Source: the human T2T-CHM13v2.0 reference genome, Homo sapiens. Taken from it: 64,000 nt of DNA. The translations under genes were made by a program, and so were the position numbers. The notes under the pieces are model-generated. The model made no database searches and was not told the origin of the DNA. It saw only the letters and a list, made by a program, of their open reading frames with translations. Each line of letters opens with the position of its first letter. The stretch's first letter is position 1. This document shows, one piece after another, positions 1-14,058 of this stretch. The stretch lies in assembly GCF_009914755.1 (NCBI RefSeq), contig NC_060928.1, one strand, 5' to 3'.

Positions 1-16
1 CGACCACCACCACATC
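1..16 (-). CDS. UNC5C: UNC5C coding exon (~exon 12), 5' part only; continues beyond the window
   Basis: Minus strand: pyrimidine tract ccttccctcttgtccccc-AG|GAT GTG GTG GTG GTC G = DVVVV(G), phase 0, continues ...QGQWE from exon 3681-3849. Confidence 0.9.
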
Positions 17-505
17 CTGGGGGACAAGAGGGAAGGGCCATGGCTAAGTCACCCAGGACGCATGCCGGCCACCAGGGATGGTGGTGAATGGTGAGTAGAG
101 CAGGACCTATCCTTTACTTGGTCTTTTTTCTCTCTCAGAGTTTATAATCTGTCTACTTGAGTTCATCATTCTGTCTCTTTCTACCATTGTCTTTACACTG
201 AGAATATTTATTTAGATGTCTTTCAGTTTGCATTTTTTGATCTTCTAAGAATCTACATTTTCCCTAAAAATCTGTACGTGTGAAAAGAATTAGATAAATT
301 AAGGAACTGGGCAATAATATATTAATATGCAATTCTACTATGTTCTTTCAAAACTCACCTGACAGTTTCTTCCTAAAGAAATACACTGCTTTTTCTAAGT
401 AATCTTGGCCGTCAGATTCTAAGAAAAGCAAGACCTGACAAATTCCATGACACGTAAGATACATTTCTCTGTTACTTTTTTTGTTGTTGTTGGGTCAGTA
501 TACTT

Positions 506-815
<310 letters not shown>

Positions 816-2846
816 ACAACTTTTTAACATGTTTTATATATTTAGGATTTCATATTGTGTGTGTGTGTGTATGTGAAAGCAGGATTTTGCTGCAAAAAGG
901 TTTAAACGGAAAACACTCAACCTAGATCATGTGAGCAGTTGTTCCTGAGTCGTCATCTGATGACTGATGGCTGAGCAGAGGATTGGCCAAGCAGGCAGCT
1001 GTCCCAAGTCCTAGATGACCAGGGGCCAAGGACATGGTACTTGGTGTCAGGGAGCTGGGATGAGGGCAGGGTGGGCTGGGATGGTGTGTGAGCTCACAAG
1101 AAGGAGCTCAGGGAAATTCTAAAGGCAGCAGCTGGCAGTAAAGCTGGAAGCTAAATTGAAGGAGACAAGTCAGTGAAATTTTCAGTCTAAAGAGATGGGT
1201 TTTTATGTGTCATTAAACAGTCTACTCTTTCAGACACTGAAAACATTTAGCAAGAAATAAAAATAAATGGAAGTGATGATTTTTATTTTAAAAAATAGTT
1301 ACTAATTCAACCAAGTTTTGATTCATCTATATGGTTCAGGCCACAGAATATATCAGCTGAAAGACCATGTATGGGATGCAAAAACCAAGGGTTGGGATTC
1401 CGAATGCATCCTGGGGCAACCAGGTAACAGAGGCATGTGAAGTAGGCAGGGCCACAGACAAGGAGGAATGATGGAGACTGTGGCGAACCAGAGTGCATGC
1501 CTGTCTAAAGAGCTCAGCCTCTGCTGGGCTTCGGCCTACGGTTGCTATGCAGGAATGCAGGCCAAGTATGGACAAAGCCTCACATGTTCCAAGACAGGCT
1601 GGAAGTTCAGATTTTAATGTGAAATCTTCCAACTTTTAATTAACTCGAATTTAAAAGAAAATCTCAGGCAGGAGAAATCCACGCGTGAGCATGAGTCAGT
1701 CTCTGCACTGTCAGAGACAAGAGTCAGTCAGTCTCTCTGCAGGGGCAGGAATCATGTCGACTTTGCTTCCCACTGTATTCCAGTGGGCCTGGCTCAGGGT
1801 GTGTGTCCCACAACCATTTGCTGAAACAGTGAATGAACACTTAGTTATACATTTAGTTCAGAGGGCTACACAAAGATGTGAAAGGTTGCCACCTAGGTTA
1901 TTATTTATTAGGCCTTGCAACATGATCTGAGCTATAATAAGAGCTGTGTTTTAATAGCATCAGTGAAATAATTTCTTCTACTGAACCTATGCCCCCAGAG
2001 GAAGCCCCTAAAAAGGAAAAGAGAGAAGCTCAGAACCTCCAGGTTTATTCCAGTCCCAAAAGGACACCTGGAAAGCAGCTGCTTTCTCCAGGACAAAGGA
2101 AAGCCTCTGGTATCCCCTAGTGGTGACATGGTACAGAAAGCTTCCTAGAAGACATGGCCAAAGAGTAACGATGCCCACGTCCCAGTCACTCACAAGTACA
2201 AGGGGGCTTTCATGAGGACTGTCCTCTTCTACTTCCCTCATCTGCTCAGTTTATTGTTAATGTCGTTGTTATTGTAACTACTCAAACCCAGAAATGGATA
2301 GGGTAATAGGAAGAGAATCATGCAAATAATTTAGGATCACTTCGGATTAAGACGGGATGTTTTTCAGATACATCATTTAAAGCTTAAATAGAATGAAAGT
2401 TAGATCTGGTTAAATCTGGTCCTAACTCAACATAAAGTGTATTTATTTATTTATTATGTACGCTTCGGCAAGCAGTGATCCCCTGATATGGTCAAGAGTA
2501 GAACATGCCCATAGGAAGGAAATCCCAGTGAATCCCAGGGATACTCTGGTACTCTTCTACATCTAATACTATATTTTCTTAAAATATTAGGAGCTGGAAT
2601 CTTCATGTGTATTTTTTCTAAGAATTTTTTCCTAAAAAATTATCATAAGTAATCACAAAGCATATAATATATACTTTGCATATTATAACTTCCTATTTTA
2701 TATGTTTTACATTTTATACAAGTATAAATGTATAGTATAGTTTTAAAATTATTGAGTATTTTTGGATAAACATATTACTGAAATACAGGTGCTAAGTGGA
2801 GGGTTCTAATATAAAGAACTAGGCTTGTTTAAAGCATTGTCCTTAA

Positions 2847-3341
<495 letters not shown>

Positions 3342-3680
3342 CCATATACATATATATGTATATATTATATATACACACATATACACAATATATATACATA
3401 GACATATATATAATCTATATTCCAAAAGGAACATGTCTACAACTCTTATGTGCACCTTTCCTATGAGTTATCTAATGAGTGACCATCATTTTCTGTGTGC
3501 CTGTCAATCAGAAGATATAACACTCAGGAACTAGTCTGCCTGCCTGTTTCTCTCTCATTTTGAGGGTGAGCTAAAATTCCACTCATGTTTTGCTTTATAA
3601 ATAAAAGGCCTCCCATAATTGCTCCTGCTTATCTGCATGGATTATTCTTGCATAGCATCTTTATCCCGACAGCAGCTCAC

Positions 3681-3849
3681 CTCCCACTGTCCCTGTGCTG
3701 CCTGGTTCTTGAGCAGTATTTTCCAGTCCTCGGTATTGGGGTCTGCGCAGTGATGCATAGTGAGGACGACGGGGCGGGTGAGCAGAGCTCCTGGGGGCCC
3801 ACAGCTCACCACAGGGGTCAAAAGTGTCTGAGAGTCATCCATGGGTGGC
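3681..3849 (-). CDS. UNC5C: UNC5C coding exon (~exon 11), ZU5 domain
   Basis: tag|G CCA CCC ATG ... TGG GAG|gtgagc; 169 nt; (R)[56 protein letters not shown]; phase 2 to 0. Confidence 0.97.
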
Positions 3850-4724
3850 CTAGGAGGAGAGCAGAGAATGGCTTCAGTGACATTTCCATTGTATTCATGA
3901 ACTATGCACTTGGGTTCTGAAGGCAAACAGGTCAAGTAGTTTTCTCCTGGAATTCTTTTTTTTTTTTTTTTTTCTGGGGGGTTGGGGAGAGGAAATAGGT
4001 GATACAGAATTAAATGCTCTCTATACCAAGACCTTGATCTTGCAGGACTGGAAGTCTTTATGATAACAATAAACTTGCCAGCATCTCTTTGATCCCCTTC
4101 CCTCCGACACTGGTCTTTCTATGGTAGCTTCCTCCAAATTTATGTACAGACACTTTCAAGATGGAATGAGAATGAACAGAGTCCCTATGAAGTTACATAA
4201 GCAGATTTTCTGATAATTCTTGCCACTGGTCTCACAGGGTTTTAAATACTTTTGTGGTTTCAGGACCTGACTTGAAAAATAGTTTTAAAAAATCATTTCA
4301 GAATGAGGACACTCTAGAACTAAACTTAGTCCAAATGACTTTCAGGAATAATTTAGGCTAGTACAGCAGATTCATTCTTTCAAATATGACTAGAAATAAT
4401 ATAGAACTGTATTTATACAGCAACTTAAAATGAGATCTCTTGTATAGTTCATGCTCAGAGAATCTGGGCAGAAAGAACCTAAAATATGCAGATTCTTTAT
4501 TCTTATATATAAAAATTGCCTTTAATCTTTTCCCTAACAGGACTGTAATCAACAAGCAAATGGATAAATTAACCTAGCCTAGCAGTAAATTTGTGAAGAT
4601 ATAGTTCCAAAGGTATTGAGTGGATTGCCCCAAGTCTCACAACTAAGTGCTAGTTAGTGCTGAGATGAAAATAAATGCCCTCTCAACGACAACAGTCAAA
4701 CTACTCACTCAATCAGAAGAGCAT

Positions 4725-5850
4725 AGCTTTTGAAATCATGGACTCACAGAATTTTAGAAGGGCCCTTGGAAGTCATTCGGCAGCACCTTCCATCCAGCCA
4801 GAACCCCTCTAAAACATGGCTGACGTATAGTTAGTGCTATAGACACATCCAGAATTGTTCCATTACTGCTAAAAGGTCACCTCGTTTACTATAAACTCAA
4901 ATTTACAAAATATTCTTACTTAGAATGAGCACAACCTGACTTCCTGAAATTTCTCTGTATGTATCCTTGATTTGCTTTTGATGCTACACTGTTTCATATA
5001 TTTGGAGATCATTATGATGTCTCTACAGTCTTCTTTATTACAGACCAAACAACCTCAATGTTTCCACCCTCAGCTGGAATAGCATGGTTTCCAGATCTCT
5101 CCTCGGGTTTCTATCTTCATTTTCATATGGATGCTTGTCATTGTTTTCCAGGTCCTCGTTAAAGTGGTGGCACCTTGAACTCAACACTCAAATAGTATGA
5201 GAGAGTATTTTCTTTGATTTGCCATCTGTGTTTGTATTCATGCCTCACAAAATTGTTGCTGTTGATTATTCCCAATCAAGGAATTACTTACAAATATTAT
5301 TTAGCAGGCTCCAGTTACATGGGAAGATAGAAATAGTATGGTTAAGCATTTCCTTTATAAAATGAAGCAGTGAAGCTCCAAGGAAGTTAAGAAATTTGTT
5401 AAACTAACCACTCTAAGTATTCCTAACATGAAAGGCTCTTAGGCTAAGTCTGGTTCCATGATTGTAATGATGGCTTTTAAACCTATGTACAGAAATTTAC
5501 ATTTAGCTTTTCATTTGAACTTAATAGTTTCAAGGTAAATTTTGGGTCATCTATTTCTTCATGCTCTATCTTCCCTCCAAACATTGGCTATCTCTTCCGG
5601 TCTTTTCTCCTCCCTAAATCTGATATGCTTGCCATTTATGTTCTCATTCTAACCATTGATAACTTTGCAACACAAGAACAGGGCAAGGGCAGAGACCTTT
5701 TCAAGGACACCATTTGGAACCTCTTTCCAGTCTGATATCAATACTTTGAGCTATTTAGTTCCACCAAATATAAACCCATTAAAATGGACATTGTTTGGTT
5801 CACATCTTTTGATGGAATTCACATATATATGACAAGGGACACATCAAATT
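4725..5850. mobile_element. Ancient LINE (CR1/L3-like) remnants
   Basis: Degenerate motifs such as acagggcaagggcagagacc...ggacaccattggaacctctttccag; boundaries approximate. Confidence 0.4.
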
Positions 5851-6059
5851 CCTTTATAATTGCAATGGTCACTTGAAATGGATTTTTCTCTAGTTTTTGT
5901 CTATGGTTTACGTATTATTTATTACATATTCCAGAAGTTAGCTTTTATCTATGGGTACCCTCGTTGAACACTCAATGAATGGTAGCAGTTGTTATTATTG
6001 TTAATATTGTTGGAAGACAATTATCCATGGATTTCTCATGTTTATGCATGGATGTTTGT

Positions 6060-6415
6060 ATAGCAATTACCTTGAAAGATAAAGACAATGTCTACTTCTG
6101 GAGCAAATGGCAGGCCTGTCTACTCCTCATTATAAAAGACTCAGGTTCCCTAAGCTCATAGATCCTTTTCTGGAATGCAACCATTGAGTGTGTAGACTTC
6201 ATCTGAACATTTTTGCATCACCATTTCTAAAATGGGGCTCACAAAATTGGCACAAACATGATGGTACTCTGTATAATGCTATCGCTGTGGGTAATAAGCT
6301 GTCTGTTGTCTTTGATCCACAAGACTTGTGTGTTTTATCAGCACGCATAAAACTGTAGCAGCTAACTTGGTAGCTCACAAGTAAGTTTGTATCTTAGAGC
6401 TTCCACAGTTGACTA
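6060..6415 (+). mobile_element. Old ERVL-type LTR fragment
   Basis: taataagctgtctgttgtctttgatcc...aaaactgtagcagctaacttg resembles an LTR R/U5 end; family not resolved. Confidence 0.5.
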
Positions 6416-9400
6416 TTAATTCTAAGAACACAATTAAAATTTGGTATATGTTCCCCTTAATAACTCTTGGCTATCAGTGCTTCCTCACTTATTCTGAAAT
6501 TGCACCAGGATCTCACCAACCTATGGCTTTTCTTTCTTCCTATTTAGAAAACCAACACAAATTTTACCTACTTTTAGTCTTTTAATAGCATTTCCGTTCT
6601 CTTTAAATAACAATACCCTTTCCTCCATTATAGCTAAAGTTATTTAGGTACTTGGGAATGTACTTAAATTTGGAACTATAAGGTTATTGGGAGCAACTTG
6701 AGACCTCATTACTATCCCCATTACCACCTTGGTTTTCATTTTCTCTTAACCCAATTTGTCCTTCTTCCAGTCTGAAATTCATTCTCTTAGAACACAAGTC
6801 AAGTTCTGCTTTCACCGTGTCATAGTTAATACTATACTATCTGCCTTAAGGAGTGACTTTATTATTGCTTAATTCTATTTTTTCCTCTCCTGGAGGGGGA
6901 AAAAACCAATGATTGCATTTTTCTGAGCAGAACTCTTACCTTCTAGTTACAAGTGTACCTTGAGAAGTGAACATTAAACTTTTAAGGAAGGAGACTAGAG
7001 TGGAATGTATTTCAAGTGGTCTTTGCAATATAGTTGGGGATTGGAGACATCTATCTCTCAGTCTGGTGTTAGCAGCCGGTGCTTGAGGCAGGAAGGAGGA
7101 GGGGTCCTTCTCATCACTGACTTGGAACAGAAGGGAGAAGGCTCCCTGCTGGGCTGGGGAGCTGTCAGACCTGTACTCTCCAAGTACACCCCTGGCATGC
7201 AATATTGATGGGCACCATTCTTGGAGGAGGGATAGCAAGGGAAGGAGGGAGGAAGGAGGGGCAGTAGGTGTCAAAAGAATTTATTAACCCAGTGAGGTGC
7301 AAGAATGTAATGAATAGGGAAGTGGTGAAGTGGAATTCTTAACAGGGAATGAAAAACAAAGAAGAAATAATGATAAGATTCTCTTATAGGCTTTCAAGAT
7401 GACATAAATAGCATTGAAATTGCAAATATCTGAGCATATATGTAAGGAGTTACGCAGGATAAGATTTAACTATGTGAAAACTAAGGTCAGAGTGTGTAAC
7501 ACATTTCCTTTATACAAAGGAAGCTATTAAATCACATAGAAGAAAATAGCAGAAAATAAAAATATCTCAGATTCTTGTTTTTGCAGAGAAGGACTTCTCT
7601 ATGTCTCATGTGTTTTCTAAGCAATTCAAGCAGTCTGTAAATATTAATTGCAGATGATATGGAAATGAACATAGAGCAAAAATTAGCTTCAGAAGCATCA
7701 ATTAAGTAGAAATTTCAGCAAAGAACAATGATTAAAATTTTAAATGTTTTCCAAAGTCCAACAAGGATAATATTCCAGTAAATGCTGGATGGGTGCTGAG
7801 TCCTCTAGGACAAAGCCCACAGAGAGAAATTTCAGTTTCCTGTCAGAAATATTTTCTCATCCTTTGCTTGTCATTATCAGTGAGGAGAACTTCTAATCAA
7901 GAGTGCATAATTTACAAAACTTTCACATAAGCCATTGCATTTGCTGCTCATGGTACACCTGTATGGCAGTGTATGTCTATTACCTCTTTTCCAGAAGAGG
8001 AAACTGAAATCTACAGATATTAACACACTTGCCTAAGGATGCAAAGCTAGGTAGGTTTCAAACACAAATCATTTAATTTCTTTCACACGATGCTGTATTT
8101 TGGGTTGCTTAGAGTGGGTTTAAGTCCTTGCGAAACTATTCTTGTCTGTTTCCTAGAGCAGGCTCAAGGAAAGAATCTGTCTCCATCCACCTCTGTGGGA
8201 ACAGGAGATGCCTTCTAGTAGTGGACATGTCTTTTATCTGGTCCCTCAGGATGATAATCCCACCCTAGGCTCAGCTGCCTTTTAAAGCACAGGCCTTCAC
8301 ACATAACTGGCAACTTGAAATATTTGCACTCTAGGTACCTGACAGGGAATATCTAACTCACTTGCTATCAAAAGCTCAATTGTGCAAAAATAATATTTAT
8401 GAAAGCCACTCCGAAGGGCGTGCCACCATTTCCCTAGACAGGCCAAAATCTATCCCTGGATTAAGCCAGAACTGATAAGCATTATGCTTATCTACCTCCA
8501 TTGAGGGACACTGATAGAAGCAGCCCTTGAAACTCATTGCTGTTTTTCTTTAAGGATGCTGTTCACTGCATTAGCAAAATGTCTTCTTTATGAGGAACCA
8601 AAGGAAAAATAATTGGGTTTCTTCTGAGCATATTTTTTTCCTCATGGACATGCGGATCTTGTAACTTAACACATTCCCTTCTTGAAAGGCTTAGAAATAG
8701 TAAATTCACGACCTGGTACTAGCAAATGTGCTGGGAATTACACCAACTATTTTATATTCTAACCGCTCGCCTACTTTATCTTATCTTTTATAACTTTATT
8801 TTCCCCATTTTCTTACCTTTTTTATCCACTTATTTAAATTTATTTCTCTTATTGAGAAGTGTTTTCGTAAACTATCTTGAAGCATTTCTTTCTAAGTAGG
8901 ATTTCAATAAATGAACATTGTCAAGAACAGTATGAGGATAAGATTTCAATATACCTGGACTCACTAACTCCCACTGTTAGCCTTTTTATGGCTCTTCCTT
9001 CAAACTGAGGAACTTGAGGCTCATGAATGAGAAAGGACTCTACTAAAAGGAGAAAGATCACTGTGTTTCCTTGAGACAGAATAATGTCAACTACTATTTT
9101 ACAAAATTCCAAAAAATAACATGATAAGCAAATCTATCTCTATACAATTACCTACATAGGGAATTTTGGACCTTTATCCTCACACATTGCTTTATTATTT
9201 ATATTTAATAGATGTATATGATAGTGTCAGTTGCCACACTACTATCTCACATCTTAAACCATTGCTAAGGGGATTCCACCAATTAAAAAAAAAAGTTCTG
9301 AACACCACTAATGCCCCACAGTTGACAAATCTAATAATCTTTTTGTTGTTCTTCCTCTTTCTTTACATTTTTACTTTAATGACACCTCGTGTTGAGGCTC

Positions 9401-12400
9401 CATCTTGGAGCCCTTTTTACCTTTGATTTTTGAGATCCTATTTATACCGCGGTTTGTCTGTCTACCCTTACAAACCTTCGTACTTTCATTAGGAAATATT
9501 CATTGAGGAGCCACTACTCCTAACACAGTAATATGTTAAGTACTGTGCTAGATGCAAACTCTTCATTTGCCTTATCCTTACATGTTCTATCTAGTTTCTC
9601 TCATCACACCCAAACCTTCACAGGAGTATTTCTTAAAGTTCTTTCCCCAGTTCTTTCTGCTTCTGCATTTTCTCGGCTGGAGGTTCCTTCCTTGCCGTGA
9701 CTTCACTTCCACGTCCCTAGCAGGAATCCACATCCCCACTCACACTGAACGCATCCAAACTGGAATCTGTCCTCTCCCCTGGAGCCACTGCTGCTTCTCA
9801 CCTTTCTCACAATTGTCACAGTGCCCCAGGCTTGATTCTTGAATCTATTCTGTGTGTTCTGCCCCTCCTTTGCAACACTTCTAGCCAGCTGTGAAATACT
9901 TTCTCTTCTGAAATAGATTCTCTCCATACCCTCTCCATTCTCTCAGACTGGGACCTGGCTCACCCTCCGGCCCGGTTCCTCCTCCTCCTCTCTCCTCACA
10001 CCTGCATTACTGCCAGGGCCCACCCAGGCACCAAGCCTTCTGGGCGAGTCCTTCTGTTCCCTCCACCGATGCATTCCATGCACTGTCACCGGATCAATCT
10101 TTAAAAAGCGCTGCTATTCCTGCGTCACTCAGCTGCTCAGAAACTTTCCATGGCTCCCTGCGGTTTACAGAAAGGGTGTTCTATTTACCTTTGTATTTGC
10201 AATTTCTAAATTGATTTCTTCACCCTTTGATAAAACTGCTAGGTGAGTACAGAATGCAGAGAAAAGGGAAAATCAACTTTCATATCTTCAATTCCAATTG
10301 TTTTCCAACAAGAATCAATAAAGAACAAAATTTCAGTCTAGGTCGGGTTCATTTGTGCAAACTGCTACTAGAAACAAGGCAAAAAGGCCCATGTTAGCAG
10401 CATTAATTGTGGAAATTGTATCCACCAGGAAAACAAAGGCGTCGCCGCCTTTCCAGAGATCTGTAAAGCAGGAGAGGTAGAAATCCTGAGCACAGCCTTG
10501 CAGCTCTGCACCCTCTTTGGTCAGAGACCGCTTGTCCCATCTCTGTGGCTCATTCAGGCTGTTCAGCTGCCAGCCTGCACTTTCGCTTAGAGCATATTCA
10601 GCAATGATAAGACCCCTCTTGTCACATTCACTATGCCACATGTAATTAAGTTCACGCCTCCCTTCAGACAATTCACATCCGCAGATGACCAGCTGGATAC
10701 CATCCAGCTGGAAACATACCCAGTTTGGGATGCAATAAAAGGAATCAGAGAGAAGGAAAATGGAGAAAAATGCTCAGAATTTTCCTACGAATGCATAGTA
10801 ACATCACAGCTCCTGATGTCCTCACAGAGTCTTCTTCCAAAGAAGTTCTGTCTTGTATCATGTGTGGATAGAAAGGATCTTTAGTGAGCAATAGAAAGTG
10901 TATCCAAAAATGCACCGTAATACATAGGCAGAGGTTTGGTTTGTGCATTGGTGCAATGGAGGAGGATGGCACATTAGGAAGCAGAAAGTGCTTTGTGATC
11001 AGAAAAGCCTGAGTCTGAATTCTGCCTTGCTAAGGTACTAACTGAAACCTTGGCTTTGGAACCCAATTCCCCTGTGCCTCAGTTTCTTCATCTTTAAAGT
11101 GGAGCTCATCACAGCTTGCAGAACGTAGTGAGAAGTAAATGAAATTAAGAGTTTGCTGGATGAAGGGCAGGGATGCTTTGTTTTATGACTATATCCTAAA
11201 GCACATTCTTGCCATTGTGTTTTACAATAAAAATGCATCTGGTACATAACAGAAAACTAGTGAAGAGAAGACTTCTCATTTATCTGAAACTGTTATCCTC
11301 CTGTGTTTGTTTCTTGGTTCATGGTCTGTAGTGCATATTTTCTTTTGAGATCTTGAGGTTTTCCTAGCTTCATTTTTATAAACAGAACTTCTTTTATGCA
11401 CACCAAATTCAACAGAGTAATTCCCTCTGCACCTAACTTCAGATGGTAGGCATAGTAAGGAGTGATTTATAGTTTCCGTTTCATTATAGTCAAAGGCAGA
11501 GAACCCTAAAAGCAGAAAAGTGTCTAGCTTTATCAATTTTCTGTTTTCTCTTTCTTTCATCTAAAATGTACAATTATCCTGGTTCGGCTGCCAAGGAAAG
11601 TATGGGGAGAGCAGGCACGTGAGTGCACACCTCTTTCAGCTTCAGCCCGTGCCTGCAGCAGCCCCTTAAGGCTTGATCTTCAGCTGCAGATAATGATAAT
11701 CTGATGGAAAATAGGAGAGCTCAGGCATCTTACTGTTTCTCACCATAAAGCACAAGCCAATACTTATTTCTATTTAAACAAAATGTCCACGCTGACAAAG
11801 GCCTTGATGGATAGATGTACTTAATGCTAACCTTGACTCTGGAAGAGAGAAAGAAAAATAAAATAAAATAAAGAGATCTTGGAGTTTGCTGATCTTCTTT
11901 TCTCCTGATGCAAAATAAGGGAGCTTTGAGGGCCTGTGAATGTTGCTTTGCATTGGGAATGAAAAAAATGAATATTTGATGTGGGTAAATACAAGCCTTT
12001 TAGTGATTTTTCTGTTGCTCAAATTTAAGGCATGAATAATGCTCAAGAATTGTATTATTTTCTTAGACAGGCTAGTATTTATGTAGGTGGAAGTACACCA
12101 CCCGAGGAAAAAAATGTTCTGGGTCACACCAATTATAAATGCCAGTATCTCCACCTGAGAGCATAATACAAAAGCTTTATGGCTAGTGAAGAACAAGGCT
12201 AAAAATGGACGTTTTTCTGAGGATGAGAGCTGGGAAAAGAAAAGGTATAATGTGTTATAATGATAACCTAGTTCTGCATTGTCACTCATGCTTTATATTC
12301 AGAGCTCAGGGCTGAGGAGCCGATGCTCTTCCCCTTGGGAAAAACAATGATAATTACATGATGAGGATCTCCATTTTAACAACATCTTTCATTTTAAGAT

Positions 12401-13177
12401 CTTGGTGTACTTCAGAAGCATTAATCAGGCTTCTAAAGCACTATTTAACACACGCATTTTACATGGAAACTAATCAAGAAATACCCAATACGATTTGTTA
12501 GAGGCCAAACTGAAAATTGAATTTAGGACTTCTCAATGCCTCTTGTTATTTTTACTTAAAATAACTTCTTCTTTATGATTATGAAACATTCTAAACAAAA
12601 CCTTTTAATTCAATCTAGTTTTAATCAATCCTAGACCCATTCTGAACAGCCTAATGTGGAATTTATAAGTGTTAAACATAAGAAGGAAATTAGTAATACT
12701 TAAGCTAGAAGACAGTCACAAAAGGAAGAATCGTGGGTCAGAATTAAGGGCTAGGCTGAGTGGGAGCGGTAGGGATTGGAGGAGTTGTCCAATCCTTTGT
12801 GACCTTTGACTCTGTAATGGGAACAGGCTGGATTCCTGAGCCAGATGCCATGAAGTCGACGTCTCTGTGTCTACCCACTTGTCTCTCTGGACAATCTAGG
12901 GATCACATTTCTGGACATTTTTCCAGGAAATATGGCAACGTGTCCACTTGGGAAAAGATCTCTAGCCTTCTACCCATATTCAAGATCTGCAAAAGCGTCT
13001 GGAGCCTCAAAGACAAAGAGAAGTAAAACCTGACCTTTTGTAGGTCAAGGGAAAAAGAATGTATGCCAGAAGCAAGGCACTTGAGACAAAAATATGTTGG
13101 GTTTATTGTGTCTATTGTACAATTCTCCTCCAAGTTAGACATTGGTAAAGTCAGTGCACCAGAAAAAGCATATTTAC

Positions 13178-13265
13178 CTCATAGTTTCTTTCCTGTGTAC
13201 AGTCACATACATTTCGTAGACTCTCCCTTGGGGAATGGCCCCAGCGGGAATCAGCAAGCTGACTC
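13178..13265 (-). CDS. UNC5C: UNC5C coding exon (~exon 10), ZU5 domain; not in frame in the ORF track
   Basis: cag|GA GTC AGC TTG ... ACT ATG AG|gtaaat; 88 nt; (G)[28 protein letters not shown](R); phase 1 to 2, joins both neighbours in frame. Confidence 0.96.
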
Positions 13266-13882
13266 CTGAATAGCAAAAGAGAAAAGCAGTCATTTAAGAC
13301 TTTTGCAGCACGTAAAAGGGAATGAGGAGATTTTGTGACCGCGCAGCCATAAGCCTGCTTCATTTTCTCTAAAGACATGTAAATATTCCGAGTTGCTCCA
13401 TTTTCCTTCCTCATCGGCCTCCTTACCACGGCTCCCTCTGAACTCTTATGCAATTACTTAAAGGAATGATGTAACTTTTTAAACTCTTGTTTTATTTGAG
13501 GAACAGACAGATGGTTCCACTGTTGTTTTCCTTGCAAGACAAGGGGAAAACCAACAACTGCTCAAAATTTCAAACAGCTGTAATGATGCATCATTTCCAT
13601 TTTTTTTTAAAATCCCCACAAGATTCAAAGTCAGGGAAATGCCAACTTCAACATAAAAAAAAAAACAACATGTATTTTTTAAATATCCGGTTAGCATCAA
13701 TGTAATTCCACAATGGTATAAGAATTGGTGAAGACCTTTTATTATACATAACTCTAGAAAGTGAACACTAACTCCTAGTTTAGTCACAGCAGGTCAAAGC
13801 GTTTCTAGTTAGTTGCTAATCGGTGCCCTTTGGCAGAACTATTAGATTGGGCTGTGTTCTAAGCTAACTGTGTCTGCTGTGG

Positions 13883-14058
13883 CAGTGGCTTGCAAATTTG
13901 AGCTCAGGTCAGAACCACCTGGAAAGCTTGTTAAACCACAGATTACTGGTCCCTACCCCGAGTTTCTGATTCAGAGATATGGGGTGTGGGGTAGATTTTT
14001 TAGTTCAACCAGTTGCCAGGTGATGCCCATGGTGATGGTCTGGGGCCCACACCACTGC
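13883..14058. mobile_element. MER5A (hAT-Charlie MITE)
   Basis: cagtggcttgcaaa...tcagaaccacctggaaagcttgttaaa...tttctgattcag...accactg with CAGTGG/CCACTG termini. Confidence 0.75.

Noticed and set aside
11774-12289. 171-aa ORF on the gene strand
   Set aside because: F/L/S/I-rich composition typical of AT-rich noncoding DNA, no recognisable domain, and flanking exons already join in frame
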